This document shows, one piece after another, positions 42,724-55,935 of a stretch of DNA of 64,000 nucleotides (positions are counted from its first letter, which is position 1; each line of letters opens with the position of its first letter). The position numbers were made by a program, and so were the translations under genes. This DNA is from Eledone cirrhosa (Eukaryota): assembly GCA_964016885.1 (NCBI GenBank), contig OZ024740.1, forward strand, positions 110,546,001 to 110,610,000, read 5' to 3'. The notes below the pieces were generated by a model. The model saw only the letters and a list, made by a program, of their open reading frames with translations, made no database searches and was not told the DNA's origin.

Positions 42724-43481
42724 CGGACTGGTTCATGTACAGGTCATTTTTCGACCTCACTCGATCTTGTGCTAGCTGGCAGATGGCAATATATTTTGCC
42801 GTTCCTGGATTTTTAGCCCTAGGAAAGGAAAATGCTTCTCTGATGAACTTTACTTTTCCATTAGAAATCCTATGGATTTCTAATGTTTTGTAAAGGGAAA
42901 CCGATCGGTAAGACCAACTGAGAGTAGGTAAATATTCAAATTATATTTTTTAATTTATTTAAAATATTGTTTAATTTTTGCTTGTTCTGCTTATCTCAAT
43001 ATTATAGTTATGGTATGTCAAATTAATACCATTGAACAACCCTGTATCATAGACAACCTATATATTTCCAGGGGTACTTAGTACCCGTGGGCATATTAAC
43101 TTCTTTTAATATACTCCGTTATGTAGAGAACAAATCTGTTGTTCTATTTAGCTGCTATTTTTAGTAGTGAAGTAGACAACACGTCTATGTTTACTTCCGC
43201 TTTTGCTACGGACTGGTTCATGTACAGGTCATTTTTCGACCTCACTCGATCTTGTGCTAGCTGGCAGATGGCAATATATTTTGCCGTTCCTGGGACTTTA
43301 GCCCTAGGAAAGGAAAATGCTTCTCTGATGAACTTTATTTTTCCATTAGAAATCCTATGGATTTCTAATGTTTTGTAAAGGGTAACCGATCGGTAAGGGC
43401 TACTGAGAGTAGGTAAATTTTTAAATTATATTTTTTAATTTATTTAAAAAATTGTTTAATTTTTGCTTGTTCTGCTTATCT

Positions 43482-43485
<4 letters not shown>
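42722..43485 (+). mobile_element. Retrozyme-like partial tandem (485-bp monomer, ~1.6 copies, two HHRs) between TA runs
   Basis: tacggactggttcatgtac at 42722 and 43207; CTGATGA at 42840 and 43325. Confidence 0.88.
42833..42916 (+). ncRNA. Type I hammerhead ribozyme motif (second copy at ~43318-43400 has GAAA changed to GTAA)
   Basis: CTGATGA ACTTTAC..CATTAGAAATCC TAT GGATTTCTAATG..GTAAAGG GAAA CCGATCGG TA AG. Confidence 0.75.
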
Positions 43486-43580
<95 letters not shown>

Positions 43581-43735
43581 TATTGTTATACATTGGGAGG
43601 GTCATGTTGCCAATAAGAAACACACGCACCAGTTGTTTCACTTCAATTTATTAAAAAATTAAATTTATAAATTTAGGAATTTATAAATTTCCGGTTGTTT
43701 GGTTGGTTCCACAACCAGACGATTGTTCATATATT

Positions 43736-43778
43736 GTCAAAGTTCTTTCGTCACACATCCTGTGACCTCTTCAGTGAC
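43736..43778 (-). ncRNA. Minimal hammerhead ribozyme motif, left arm of the palindrome
   Basis: Minus: GTCA CTGAAGA G GTCACA GGATG TGTGAC GAAA GAAC TT TGAC. Confidence 0.75.
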
Positions 43779-43896
43779 TGGGGATTCTTTTTTTGTTTTT
43801 GTGCCTCTCCTTTGTTCTGTCCTACGCCATCTTGTTTTTCAAGATGGCGTAGGACAGAACAAGGGAGAGGCACAAAAACAAAGAAAAGAATCCCCA

Positions 43897-43939
43897 GTCA
43901 CTGAAGAGGTCAAAGAATGTGTGACGAAAGAACTTTGAC
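43897..43939 (+). ncRNA. Minimal hammerhead ribozyme motif, right arm of the palindrome
   Basis: GTCA CTGAAGA GGTCAAAGAATGTGTGAC GAAA GAAC TT TGAC. Confidence 0.72.
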
Positions 43940-44166
43940 AATATATGAACAATCGTCTGGTTGTGGAACCAACCAAACAACCGGAAATTTATAAATTTAA
44001 TTTATAATAAATTGAAGTGAAAGCAACTGGTGCGTGTGTTTCTTATTGACAACATGACCCTCCCAAAGTATAACAATACGAGTATCAACACACGTTTTCA
44101 GATAAAGAATCTTGCTAAACAAATTCAGAAACGAAATATATATATATATATACAAATATATATGCA

Positions 44167-44211
<45 letters not shown>

Positions 44212-44229
44212 GAATATATATATATGCAT

Positions 44230-44293
<64 letters not shown>

Positions 44294-44515
44294 TATATAT
44301 ATATATGCGTATATATATGTATATATATATATGTATTTATATATATAGATATGTAAATATATATATATATATATATAGGAAAAGAGTCAGGGCCCCGATG
44401 GTAGAGTTCAAGCCGTCGGGGTCCTGACTCTTTTCCTATTACCCACTCTACTAACCAAAGTATCGAGTACTACGATGCGTTATGGTCCACCTGATTCCTT
44501 ACCACACCTACTTCG

Positions 44516-44569
<54 letters not shown>

Positions 44570-45514
44570 ACATACTTTATTGTATATATACATATATATT
44601 TATCCCGGATTCAATTGGGGGTAACCATAGTAAGGTAATCAATACATACCAGAGTATAAATATTTCATATAGAAATGTCTTCAACTGGAGTAGAACTGTT
44701 TTCTTCGGGAGAAATCATCAGACTGTCAATGTAATATGGTGGTATTCGTTTATTTTCTGGTGGTAGGAGAGGGTGGTGATTGGGATGGTTGGAGGTAATT
44801 GGTTGATGGATTTAAAGAAAGGAAACTCTTTTAAAACTATATTTAGAGAAATACAGAGGCCGGAAAAAATTGACGCTAAGTACCTATAGACAAATACAAA
44901 CACACTGATAAGCATTCCTAATTTTAAAGGTTCATTTATTCCTAACAAACAATGGGTATTCATTGATGAGGTCAGTTAACACAGCCACTTAAATAATTTC
45001 TTTTTTGTCCTTGGCGCCAAAGACCACATCTTAAACAAAAATTCTGAGGCAATTTCGGCTTGGAAACATGAATTGCACAAAACGTTCCTGTATTACAGCC
45101 CCACTTTATACCCTAACGGATAGTACGAACTATACGCGGATATTTTACGTCTGATGTGGTAGCTAAGTATATGTTTTGTTTATACCATTACTTATTTGTA
45201 TAGGTGAGTATTTATTACCTGTATGTTTTGTGAAGGTAAGTATACTTTCTCGTACGTATATTTGCTTGTATATGTTATGGCGTATATATTATATAATATA
45301 TACTGGTACATGTGCATTTGGTTATGTGTATACGTGAGTTTTGCGTCTGTGTGAGTATGCGGGTTCGTACGTATGTAGGGTGTGTGTATATGTGTACGTT
45401 GTGTTTTGGTTGACGTAAGTCTGCGAACATATGTGCATTTAGATGTAGGTATGTGTGTGCGCTTGTTATATACGTATTTATGTGTGTATATTTATATACG
45501 TTTATTTAATGTAT

Positions 45515-45632
<118 letters not shown>

Positions 45633-46248
45633 TTTATGTGTATTTGGTGTATACGTTCGTATGTGTGCGGGTACTGGCGTGGCGTCGGTTCTGTATGTGC
45701 GTGTGTGTTTTTTGTGTACGTGCTTGTTTTTGCATACCCATGGCGAGTGTTTCCGCGTATGCTTGTGTATGTACGTATATGGATGCGTGTTTGTATATAT
45801 TTAATTTCAATTACCGCTGTATTTTATTTACTTTATTCTTAACTCTGAAGCCGAGAATCATTAGGTTTCCTAAATAGAATTTTAGTCTACAACTTCAGTT
45901 ATACCACTTACGTGGTTTTGTATTTGCGTGTAATTGTTTTCACCGGTCCAAATAATGACGTATTATCTTCGTTTGTTCCGTTCTTTGCCAGAGAAAGTTT
46001 CCATGAACCAATTATCGTCTTCCTGTCTTCCTTCTGTTGCAACGTTTTTTGAAATATTTACTTCTGCGTTCACAGATTGACTTCTTTAGTTTCAGAAGAT
46101 TCCGTTAAGGGTGAAAGCAGCGATTTTTTGCTTAAACTTTAATCTGTTATTTTAATAAATATTTGCTCTGCGGTTCTTATATATTTGATATATATTTATC
46201 CTTACCGAGCCCTCTTCGAATTTTAGTCTTCAAATTTATTATTATTAC

Positions 46249-46279
<31 letters not shown>

Positions 46280-46425
46280 TTTTAGTATATGTTGGTTGTA
46301 TACCAACACCTCACTATGCAGATGGAGCACTCGACGAAGTGCGAAGGTTGGTTTGGTTACTCCAGAGTAATGTTAAATAAACTAAAATAAATAAGTCAAA
46401 TATTTAAAATTTGGCTTCGTTTATT

Positions 46426-46480
46426 ATTGCTATATATATTTCGGTGACAGCCATCTTTGGCTGTGACCTCTTCAGGCAGT
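46426..46480 (-). ncRNA. Type I hammerhead ribozyme motif, left arm
   Basis: Minus: ACTGC CTGAAGA GGTCACAGCCA AAGA TGGCTGTCACC GAAA TATATA TA GCAAT. Confidence 0.85.
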
Positions 46481-46700
46481 CCGAATTAGTGTGGTAGAGA
46501 CGAGTGCACATGTTGTTGAGGTGTTTAACTTTGTCAATAATCTGATATGCCCAGTTCCTGGTTGGGTTGTTATTTCACTGAGGAACTGGAATCATATCCT
46601 CAGTGAAATAACAACCCAACCAGGAACTGGGCATATCAGATTATTGACAAAGTTAAACACCTCAACAACATGTGCACTCGTCTCTACCACACTAATTCGG

Positions 46701-46755
46701 ACTGCCTGAAGAGGTCACAGCCAAAGATGGCTGTCACCGAAATATATATAGCAGT
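46701..46755 (+). ncRNA. Type I hammerhead ribozyme motif, right arm
   Basis: ACTGC CTGAAGA GGTCACAGCCA AAGA TGGCTGTCACC GAAA TATATA TA GCAGT; perfect stem I and G-C closing stem II. Confidence 0.9.
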
Positions 46756-46801
46756 AATAAACGAAGCTAAATTTTAAATATTTGACTTATTTATTTTAGT
46801 T

Positions 46802-46858
<57 letters not shown>

Positions 46859-46885
46859 GAAAGTGAACAACACAATATATAACTA

Positions 46886-46952
46886 CTCCATTACCAAAGG
46901 TTTCAGGACCCTAGACAATATTAATATACGTTTAGTTTCTCATCAGATAGAG
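46886..46952 (-). ncRNA. Type I hammerhead ribozyme motif
   Basis: Minus: CTCTAT CTGATGA [imperfect stem II] GAAA CC TTT GG TA ATGGAG. Confidence 0.72.
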
Positions 46953-47069
46953 GGGTTATCGCTTTCTAATTAAATAGCTCTGTTTTATATATAGAACACT
47001 CCCTTTTTCCTATATATATATATATATCACCACTCCCCCTCACACCCTCGGAACTCTTTTCCTTCACAC

Positions 47070-47128
47070 TTTTCTCCTGGTGAAGGGCTTATGCCCGAAA
47101 CGTCCCCCACCACTCTCAAGCGTGAACC
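47070..47128 (+). ncRNA. Degenerate hammerhead motif (core CTGGTGA)
   Basis: CTGGTGA A GGGC TTAT GCCC GAAA CGT..AGCG TG. Confidence 0.5.
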
Positions 47129-47716
47129 TAATACTAACACTTTGTACTGCACTCTTCGTTATTGTTTTTGTTTCTGTTTATATATATATATATATATATT
47201 CATACTGAACCCGGTCACTGAAATGTTCATAGTATAATAAACCTTTTAAGGAACTACATCAGTCCAGCCTTCTATTATTTTATAATAATTAACTCCGTAC
47301 TCACACCACCAACAACACAAACGAAGACGGGTGAGTTGCATTACATCGAGTGCTCTCCCTAATATTACATCAAGGTTGACTATACGGAATGACCAGTGCT
47401 ATCCAATGGTGAACCAACAAACATAAATAAAATATATATATATATTACAATAAGTGTGGTTTCTGTGTGCAAGACGAGATGTTTCAATGTATAACAAATG
47501 TTACACTGTCAGTTCTGTTTCAATGCTGTAGATTTCATGTTTACACACAATTTCCTGGTTGAAGTGGTTTTTGTTGCTACTGGTGTTCACATTTGGCTAC
47601 CAATGCTGGTTGTTTACATTATTGCTTTTGTTGCTGCTACAACTTTATATATACTCACACATACATACATCACGTGCGGCGCGCATACACACACACACGC
47701 ACACGCCCCCCCCCCC

Positions 47717-47760
<44 letters not shown>

Positions 47761-47941
47761 TCAGCAAGAATCGCATTTCGGCGGGTAGAAAAAGCGAAAC
47801 GTAACGCAAATATATATATATATTTAATATAGAAATGGCTTCTACAAGACTAGAACTGTTTCATTCGGGAGAAATCATATATATATATGTTGTATATATA
47901 TATATAAATACATATATACATACATATATAGACACACACAT

Positions 47942-47987
<46 letters not shown>

Positions 47988-48144
47988 ATATATATATATA
48001 TATAAAGGTTGTACATGTTCATAAACATATGTAGCCAAAGTAAGAAAGCCAACCTTACGACCCGCAACAGCTACACCTCTCTCTTTCTTTACTACATACA
48101 CATACATGGAGACACTTAGCCCCCCCCCACACACACACATGCAT

Positions 48145-48177
<33 letters not shown>

Positions 48178-48284
48178 CATATATACTTATATACAAACAT
48201 ACATACGCACTTATATATATACATAAATGCATACATGTATATATGTGCGTGTGCGTCTGCATGTAGCTCTCTTTCTTTCTAACT

Positions 48285-48337
<53 letters not shown>

Positions 48338-48724
48338 ACACACACATACACACATACACACACACACGCACACACATACACACATCCCGTCCAGGGAATG
48401 GCCTGTTATTCTTGTTTATAACAATCATTATTGTTATGCTGGCTGCTTCATTTGTTTTGTTTGTTAAAATTACGAAAACAAAGAACAACCCTAAAAAAAA
48501 AGCCCCAACCAAATCCAACACAGATGTTTTCCTTGTAATCACGTGACATGGTTCTAGTAATGGCGAATATTTCGCACTTATTTTGTTTGGGAAATTGTTT
48601 CTATCTTGCTGTAGGTATATAGAGAAATATTTTGGTCCTGAATTTATAAAACGCGAAACTCAACAATTAATATAAATTTTCAGATTATTTTTATTAAAAC
48701 TTTTATTATTATTTTTTTTTTTCG

Positions 48725-48895
48725 GTGCTGGATTGGCAGTATCGATAGTGAGCCGTGCATACGCTTTTCAGCATAGAGTTAAGGCCCTTTTTGTTCTGAG
48801 ATCAAATATCACCGTGGTTAACTTTGCTTTTCATTCTTACAGGGTCGATAAAATAAAGTACCAGTAAATCGATTTGCCCTCTCCCCTTTGGCCTA
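48725..48895 (+). mobile_element. SINE copy
   Basis: ggattggcagtatcg..ggttaactttgcttttcattcttacagggtcgataaaataaagtaccag. Confidence 0.8.
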
Positions 48896-48905
48896 GTAGT
48901 AATTC

Positions 48906-48942
<37 letters not shown>

Positions 48943-49081
48943 ATATATACATAAATACATAATATATATATATATATACATACATAAATACATAATATAT
49001 ACATATATATACTTATTTATATATACAGGCACACATATATATATATATATTACATTAGTCATCGGCAATCTTATTTTTCAC

Positions 49082-49141
<60 letters not shown>

Positions 49142-49473
49142 CCCCTCTCTCTCTCGCAACACCTCTGTCATATTCCCTCTCATCTTGTTTATCAAATTGT
49201 TTGGTAAGAATATATTTTGAACCCAATCTAAAGCATTTTCCTTTCCGTAATTTCAATGTAGTCTTTTCCAGATGTTTCTAAATCCTGGTGTTAGTTACTT
49301 GTGATCTGTGATGGATTTTGTTTGTGTTTGCTGACTCCCTCTCTCTGTATCTCTGTGTCTCTCTCTGTATATATACACACATATACACCTACACACACAC
49401 TTATATATAGCACATGTATATATAGTACGTATATATATATGTATATATGTATATATGTATATATATATATGTG

Positions 49474-49549
<76 letters not shown>

Positions 49550-49595
49550 AATGAAAAGTATAGAAATTGTTGTAGCGAGAAGCTAACAGTATTCC

Positions 49596-49645
<50 letters not shown>

Positions 49646-49649
49646 TATG

Positions 49650-49688
<39 letters not shown>

Positions 49689-50235
49689 TATATTATATAT
49701 ATTGTTTATATATATATGTATATATACCCATAAATATATAAATATATTTATATACACACACACACACATTCACACACACATATATATATATATATTGAGA
49801 GACAGAAATAAATAAATAGATAGATAGATAGATATATAGGCATGGATATATATGCATACAACTCACACACACAAAAAAGCATGAACAGAAACAGCTGCAG
49901 TAAAGTTAGGAAAACAAGACCGGCATTGAAGACAACAATTACTGGAACAACGACAATATTAACGATAATCTAACCAGCGTGAAAAACAATACAACAAACA
50001 AACAAAAAAACCCACAAAAGTATAAATAAAAACATGATCAACAACTGTGAATACAAAGCTTAGTGGAGCAGTAGCAGCAGCAGCAGCAGCAGCTGCAACA
50101 GCAGCAACAGCAGCAGCAGCAACAGCAGCAGCTGTAGCAGGAGCACAAACAACAACGATAAAATAAACAACGTAAATAACAACAAAATAACGACAACCTC
50201 TTGGTAAATAAGTTGATTAACAACATTACCATAGA

Positions 50236-50690
50236 AATAATTGTTTCTACTTTTGGCACAAGGCCAGCAATTATTCCAGTGTATTACTGGTACTTTATTT
50301 TATCGACCCGGTAAGTATGAAAGGCAAAGTTAACCTCAGCGGGATTTGAACTGAGATCGTAAAGGGCCGTAACTCTATGCTGCAAAGCATGGCGTCCTGA
50401 CTTCTACCGATACTGTCAATAACAATAGCATTAATGTATCGTCTTAGCCTCGCCATAGTCATCGTCATAGTCATCATCATCATTACAAGTAGCCCCCCCC
50501 CCACACCTTTGTCCCTAATCCTCATCATCATCATCTTCACCATATTCACCTTTCGTTCACTTCATTGTCATCGTATTCGTAGTCATCCCCAAGAAGAAGC
50601 TAGATAGATATATAGATATATATTTAGAAATAAAATAAAACACACCCACACACACACACAAACGAACAAACAAACACACACACACACACA

Positions 50691-50785
<95 letters not shown>

Positions 50786-50885
50786 ATATATATTTATTTA
50801 TTTTCAAAAAATAATTTTTTTACGGTTTCCCTTTAAAATTTTTTTTTCCTTTTGCCCTGTTTCGTTCGTTGATTTTTCTAAGTTT

Positions 50886-50920
<35 letters not shown>

Positions 50921-51036
50921 TCTACTTTAGGCACAAGGCCAGCAATTACCAAGTGCATTACTGGTACTTTATTTTATCGACCCCGTAAGGATGAAAGGCA
51001 AAGTCAACCTCGGCGGGATTTGAACTCAGATCGTAA
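50236..51036 (-). mobile_element. Two SINE copies (~50236-50422 and 5'-truncated ~50915-51036) separated by microsatellites
   Basis: Reverse complement of the SINE consensus. Confidence 0.8.
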
Positions 51037-51264
51037 AGTAATATATAGTAATAATAATAAATGTGAAGACTAAAATCCGAAGAGGGCTCGATAAGGATAA
51101 TATATATATAAGGATATTATATATAAAAATATATAAAACCATAGAGCAAATATTTATTAAAATAACAGAAAGTTTAAGCAAAGAATCATTGATATATATA
51201 TATATGTAAAAAGTAATCAGAAATAACAACACAATCGGTACAGTATATGAAAGGAATATATTAG

Positions 51265-51330
51265 GTTAACGCTTGAAATAACAGGAAGAGGGTCATAACA
51301 TTTCGGACGCTAGTCCTTCATCAGAAGAAA
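51265..51330 (-). ncRNA. Hammerhead-like motif (family of 14500)
   Basis: Minus: CTGATGA A GGAC TAGC GTCC GAAA TGTT..AGCG TT; perfect stem II, weak stem I. Confidence 0.55.
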
Positions 51331-51547
51331 GAATGGGAAATAAGATAGATTCAAGGGACGGGCGGGGTGGAATTGGAAAAAAAATGTCTTTAGATAAAAA
51401 TAACAGGTTTATTCATGTTGACAGGTTTATTCATGTTGACTGTTGATGCTGGCGTTTTGAGTATGATTTATTTTTTTAGAAAAGTGGATAATGGAGCGTG
51501 TCTACCTGAAATGGAAAAAAAAAAACGTTTTGTAAAAGGAGCTTATA

Positions 51548-51636
<89 letters not shown>

Positions 51637-52159
51637 ATTTTCAACATGTCCAGACTGTACCACTGGAGTAGTAACACATGCTCACACAATAGCTAATAAG
51701 ATAACGACCGGTGGACACCTTGATTATTCTGGGTTGAGGAATCCACAAAAGGGACTCCTACATTATACCCCATAGATTTAACTCTGATGTAAATATCATA
51801 GACTACTTGAAATTCCAATAGGATCCTTATCCAGAAATATCCGGGAGCCCAGCTCCACAGCTAGTAGTGTGGTTTTAGGACTATAACTGTGGGAAAGCAA
51901 GCTTGTGTGAATCGGTCCGTATTTTTCTATACGCTCCAATTCAATCCGAAACATAATGCATCTCATAACTGCAGAGATAGTTAAACATATAGCGAAGATC
52001 ACACCTTGATTTATTATTCTGTGTTTTACCTACTCTTCCAGCAAGCCGCACTAACGCATTTAGGTAATTTTGACGAATTTCCTAGTTTAGGATCATATAT
52101 TAAAACTCTCATTCCTAATTTCGTGTCCTATATTCACCGATTATTTTGCTCCCGTCAAA

Positions 52160-52312
52160 GGCAGTGGATTGGTAACATCGGTAGGGAGTTTGACGCCATG
52201 CTTTGGAGCAAAGAGTAACGGCCCTTTATGATCTGAGTTCAAATCCCACCTTGGTTAACTTTGCCTTTCATCCTTACGGGGTCGATTAAATAAAACATCA
52301 GTAATACACTGG
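52160..52312 (+). mobile_element. SINE copy
   Basis: gcagtggattggtaac..gagttcaaatcccacc..ttgcctttcatccttacggggtcgat. Confidence 0.8.
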
Positions 52313-52325
52313 ACCTGAACAGCAG

Positions 52326-52934
52326 TCTTTCCATTGGAAATTCTCTGAATTTCCAATCTTTTGATTAGTGAAACCGTCGGTAATGGCAATAGAACAGGTG
52401 AATATTTAAATCGTTTTTTAATTTATTTAAAAGATTGTTTGATGATTACTTGTTCCGCTCATTTTTATAGTTCTGGTATCTCAAATTAGTACCATCGAAC
52501 CACAACTTTTATAAACACCATGCATATTTCTGTAGGTACTTAGTGCCTGTTGGAATATCCATACCCTTTTATATTTATTCTCCTATATGTAGAGAACAAA
52601 ACGTTGTATCGCGCTGCTATTTTTAGCGGCATGATCAATAAGTTTATAATATCCCGTTTTTACTTATGGCCTATTTTTGTGTGTGGGTCACTTTAACGGC
52701 ATGACCACATGCAACGGGCAGGAAGCGATATATTCTCTTACTGTGAAGATTTATACCCTTATAGTACGGAAATAGCTGTCTTTAAATATCTAATTCTTTC
52801 CATTGGAAATTCTCTGATTTTCCAATCTTTTGATTAGTGAAACCGTCGGTAATGGCAATAGAACAGGTGAATATTTAAATCGTTTTTTAATTTATTTAAA
52901 AGATTGTTTGATGATTTCTTGTTCCGCTCATTTA
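52326..52934 (+). mobile_element. Retrozyme-like partial tandem (469-bp period), diverged relative of the 40 kb and 42.7 kb elements; HHR 5' core decayed
   Basis: tctttccattggaaattctctg at 52326 and 52795; GAAA CCGTCGG TA ATGGC retained. Confidence 0.8.
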
Positions 52935-54723
52935 TATATATATACACACTACTGAAATCAGGTCGTTCTTAGCTGCGATGATTGACTTTTTACAGGATCT
53001 TGAACACAAACAACTTTGAAGTATTGAATGACTCATCAGCACCAAATTTGCTACCTCCCCCTTTACCTCTGCCATTACTTTCGTTTTGTCGTCATACTTG
53101 AAGTGATGAGGCGAATGAATGCTGGCTCCGAGTTTTAATCCACAATATAGACAAATGTATTTTATCGTGGCTCTAACATTGCAGGTCCTCTAATTTATGA
53201 GTCAAAGTCGTAGTCATAAAAGCGAAATCTCCCGAGAAAAACGAAAGTAGCCGATCGTCAGACAGAATTAAGGAAATCTGATTTTAATTGATCTTTCTAT
53301 TGCTAATACCTCATACTGGCAGAACGAACAAGGTGAAATAAAATATTTCGCTAAAGAATACAACATACCAATAATAGTACTCACTATCTTAGAAACGTGA
53401 AATACCTACCTTCAAATCTTCCTTAAATTCCGCTATATCGTCTTAAATCATACGTCGGGAATGTACAGTTTCAAAACCTTATGTGGCTCTTTAGCCTATC
53501 TCCTGTTGATTTTAGCTGCTCTAGATTTACTTTATGTTGTATTTCTTTATTAAAATAAAAACCACAATTTTGAGCTGATCATTGAAACCGTTTTAGATGA
53601 GATTCAAAACCAAAAACCGTATTGGGTGGGTAAGAAATATGTGAGCTAAATTCATGTTTTCTTGTATGTAATTTTGTCTATAATATATTACGTGGCTCCG
53701 GCTGTCTAACATATTATTGTTTTAAACTAAAAATGACTCTTTAAACTGAAAACATCAGAAAAAAAAACAAGTATCTTGGCTATAATGAGAATGTATTCTG
53801 AGATAATGTTTCTGAAAACGTGAAATGTTCAGGGTTAGAGAACCTGATACAATGATCATCATTCATAGATGTATAGAGATCTGTTATATGGGTATCAATG
53901 GTCTTATGAAAGTTTCTTTTTTATTTGGTAGGCCTGGAGGAAAGGACTGTCTTCGTTGATTTCATATGTCCCTCGAGACCGGGCAGATGGATGTTCTTAA
54001 TGTTCCGCTTAAGCTGTTGCAAGTCAACTTCTTTTGGAAAGACAAGAACGAAGAAAGTGTTTCAGAGGGCCGACATTCTTGGCAGAAGCGATTAAGCTGG
54101 AATATGGGTAGTGTGAGTTCTATTAGGTTGGGTAGAATATTGTTAATGAGAGGAGAGGTTGGTGATTCAGGAGTCCCTGAATGAAGATGGCATAAGATTG
54201 GCAAGTTCTGAGTAACAGATCATTGTGGAAATATAATAAGAGAGGGAGAGGGAGAGAGGGAGAGAGAGATGGAGATAGGGAGAGAGAGGGAGACAGAGAG
54301 AGAGAGAGAGGGAGAGAGAGAGAGAAAGAGCGAGAGAGAAAAGACTATATAGATATGGGGAAGGGGTGGTTCAAACAATGTTGTTGTTGCTGTTATTGTT
54401 TAACACTTCTAATACAATCCGTCTGAAAGTGACCCCGTTCTACGATACAAAACTATTTATTTTGAAGTTCTTACATTTATCTAAACACCTCTCATCCTAA
54501 CTTTACGTAAGTATCTTTAAGTTATACTTCACACACCAGCTTAATAATGATAAAGTTAGTGATATTACTAAACCTTTCTAAATTTTTGAAAATCGGTGGC
54601 AGTGTTTTTCTTTAGAAATTGGTAAAAAAAATTGTTAAGCCCTTAATCTGTCGGTATTGATCGGAACTGTTATCAAAATCATTCTGGTTATGTACGTATT
54701 GTCTGTTGGCTATTGTAATATAG

Positions 54724-54927
54724 TACGAAGGTCTGCTGAAAAGTTCATAGGGTAACAAATATACTCCCGTGGAATGAACAAATGCGGTATATTTTTCAAC
54801 AAAGTTCCGGGAAAGAAACAATGCAGTTGTATTAAAAAGAAGAGTTGAAATCAATGCATGCAAGATTTTACAGCTCCAGCATCACACCTTCACCGTCAAC
54901 CTGTGAACATTTCAGCCTACCCGCGTA
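54724..54927. mobile_element. Tc1/mariner-type MITE (~200 bp, TA-flanked)
   Basis: TIRs ta-cgaaggtctgctgaaaagttc and gaacatttcagcctacccgcg-ta; related to the 41184 MITE. Confidence 0.7.
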
Positions 54928-55363
54928 CATATAACAGCAACATTTTAAATGTCATCTAAAGTTCCAGTATTCCTCGTTACAAATATATAGTGTGACAACC
55001 CCTTATTATAATTAACATCTCTTTCGGAATATACATATACCCATATAGAATACACAAACACATACAACCATATACATGCACACAGACACACATACACATA
55101 CACACGAACAGACAAACACATAGACACACACACATATACATACAAACATTCATATACACATATATATGTCGATAGATCCATTAAATATTCCATCTATCAA
55201 AAGATTATTTATGTAAAACAAATATATTTATATATCTTATTATATATTCTCACGTACAACACATATTTGTCATTGTCTCACACATATTCATACATACATA
55301 CGCCTATACATATACATACAATACAGATATACCTATACAGACATTCATGTATATATGTATATA

Positions 55364-55419
<56 letters not shown>

Positions 55420-55514
55420 TACCGTAATATATATATATACACATGTATCTCTCACTCTTTTTCTCTCTCTCTATATATATACATACATATATATATATAT
55501 ATATATATTAATAT

Positions 55515-55554
<40 letters not shown>

Positions 55555-55626
55555 GTAAATATATATGCATATATATATATATATACGTATATACATATAT
55601 ACATATACATATATATATACATGCAG

Positions 55627-55658
<32 letters not shown>

Positions 55659-55668
55659 CCACACACAA

Positions 55669-55708
<40 letters not shown>

Positions 55709-55935
55709 GTATGCGTGTGTGTGTGTGAGTGAGTGTATGTATGTATAACTGGCACTGTTAGAGACGGTGAGGTGTAAAGAGGATTGCATCAATTTGTAAT
55801 ATTGCTTTCTCCACTTCTAGCTGCATTAACCAGCAGTCTATTGGTGGCTTAACATTAATCACTGAGGCACTCATACATTGACAATGAATTAAATCATTTC
55901 AATTATCATTATCATCATCATCGTTATCATTTTTA

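Larger units (their letters stand above)
43582..44078. repeat. ~500-bp near-perfect palindrome (fold-back element), loop at 43835-43839
   Basis: Arms are reverse complements around catcttg-ttttt-caagatg; a fragment of the same family lies at ~29315-29395. Confidence 0.92.
46375..46806. repeat. 432-bp near-perfect palindrome with a 12-nt loop (46585-46596)
   Basis: Paired arm coordinates sum to 93181; only a couple of mismatches seen. Confidence 0.95.

Noticed and set aside
53925-54220. Complex-sequence block with a possible minus-strand acceptor and short frame (VDLQQLKRNIKNIHLPGLEGHMKS)
   Set aside because: Short and unrecognised; cannot be distinguished from chance without expression data.
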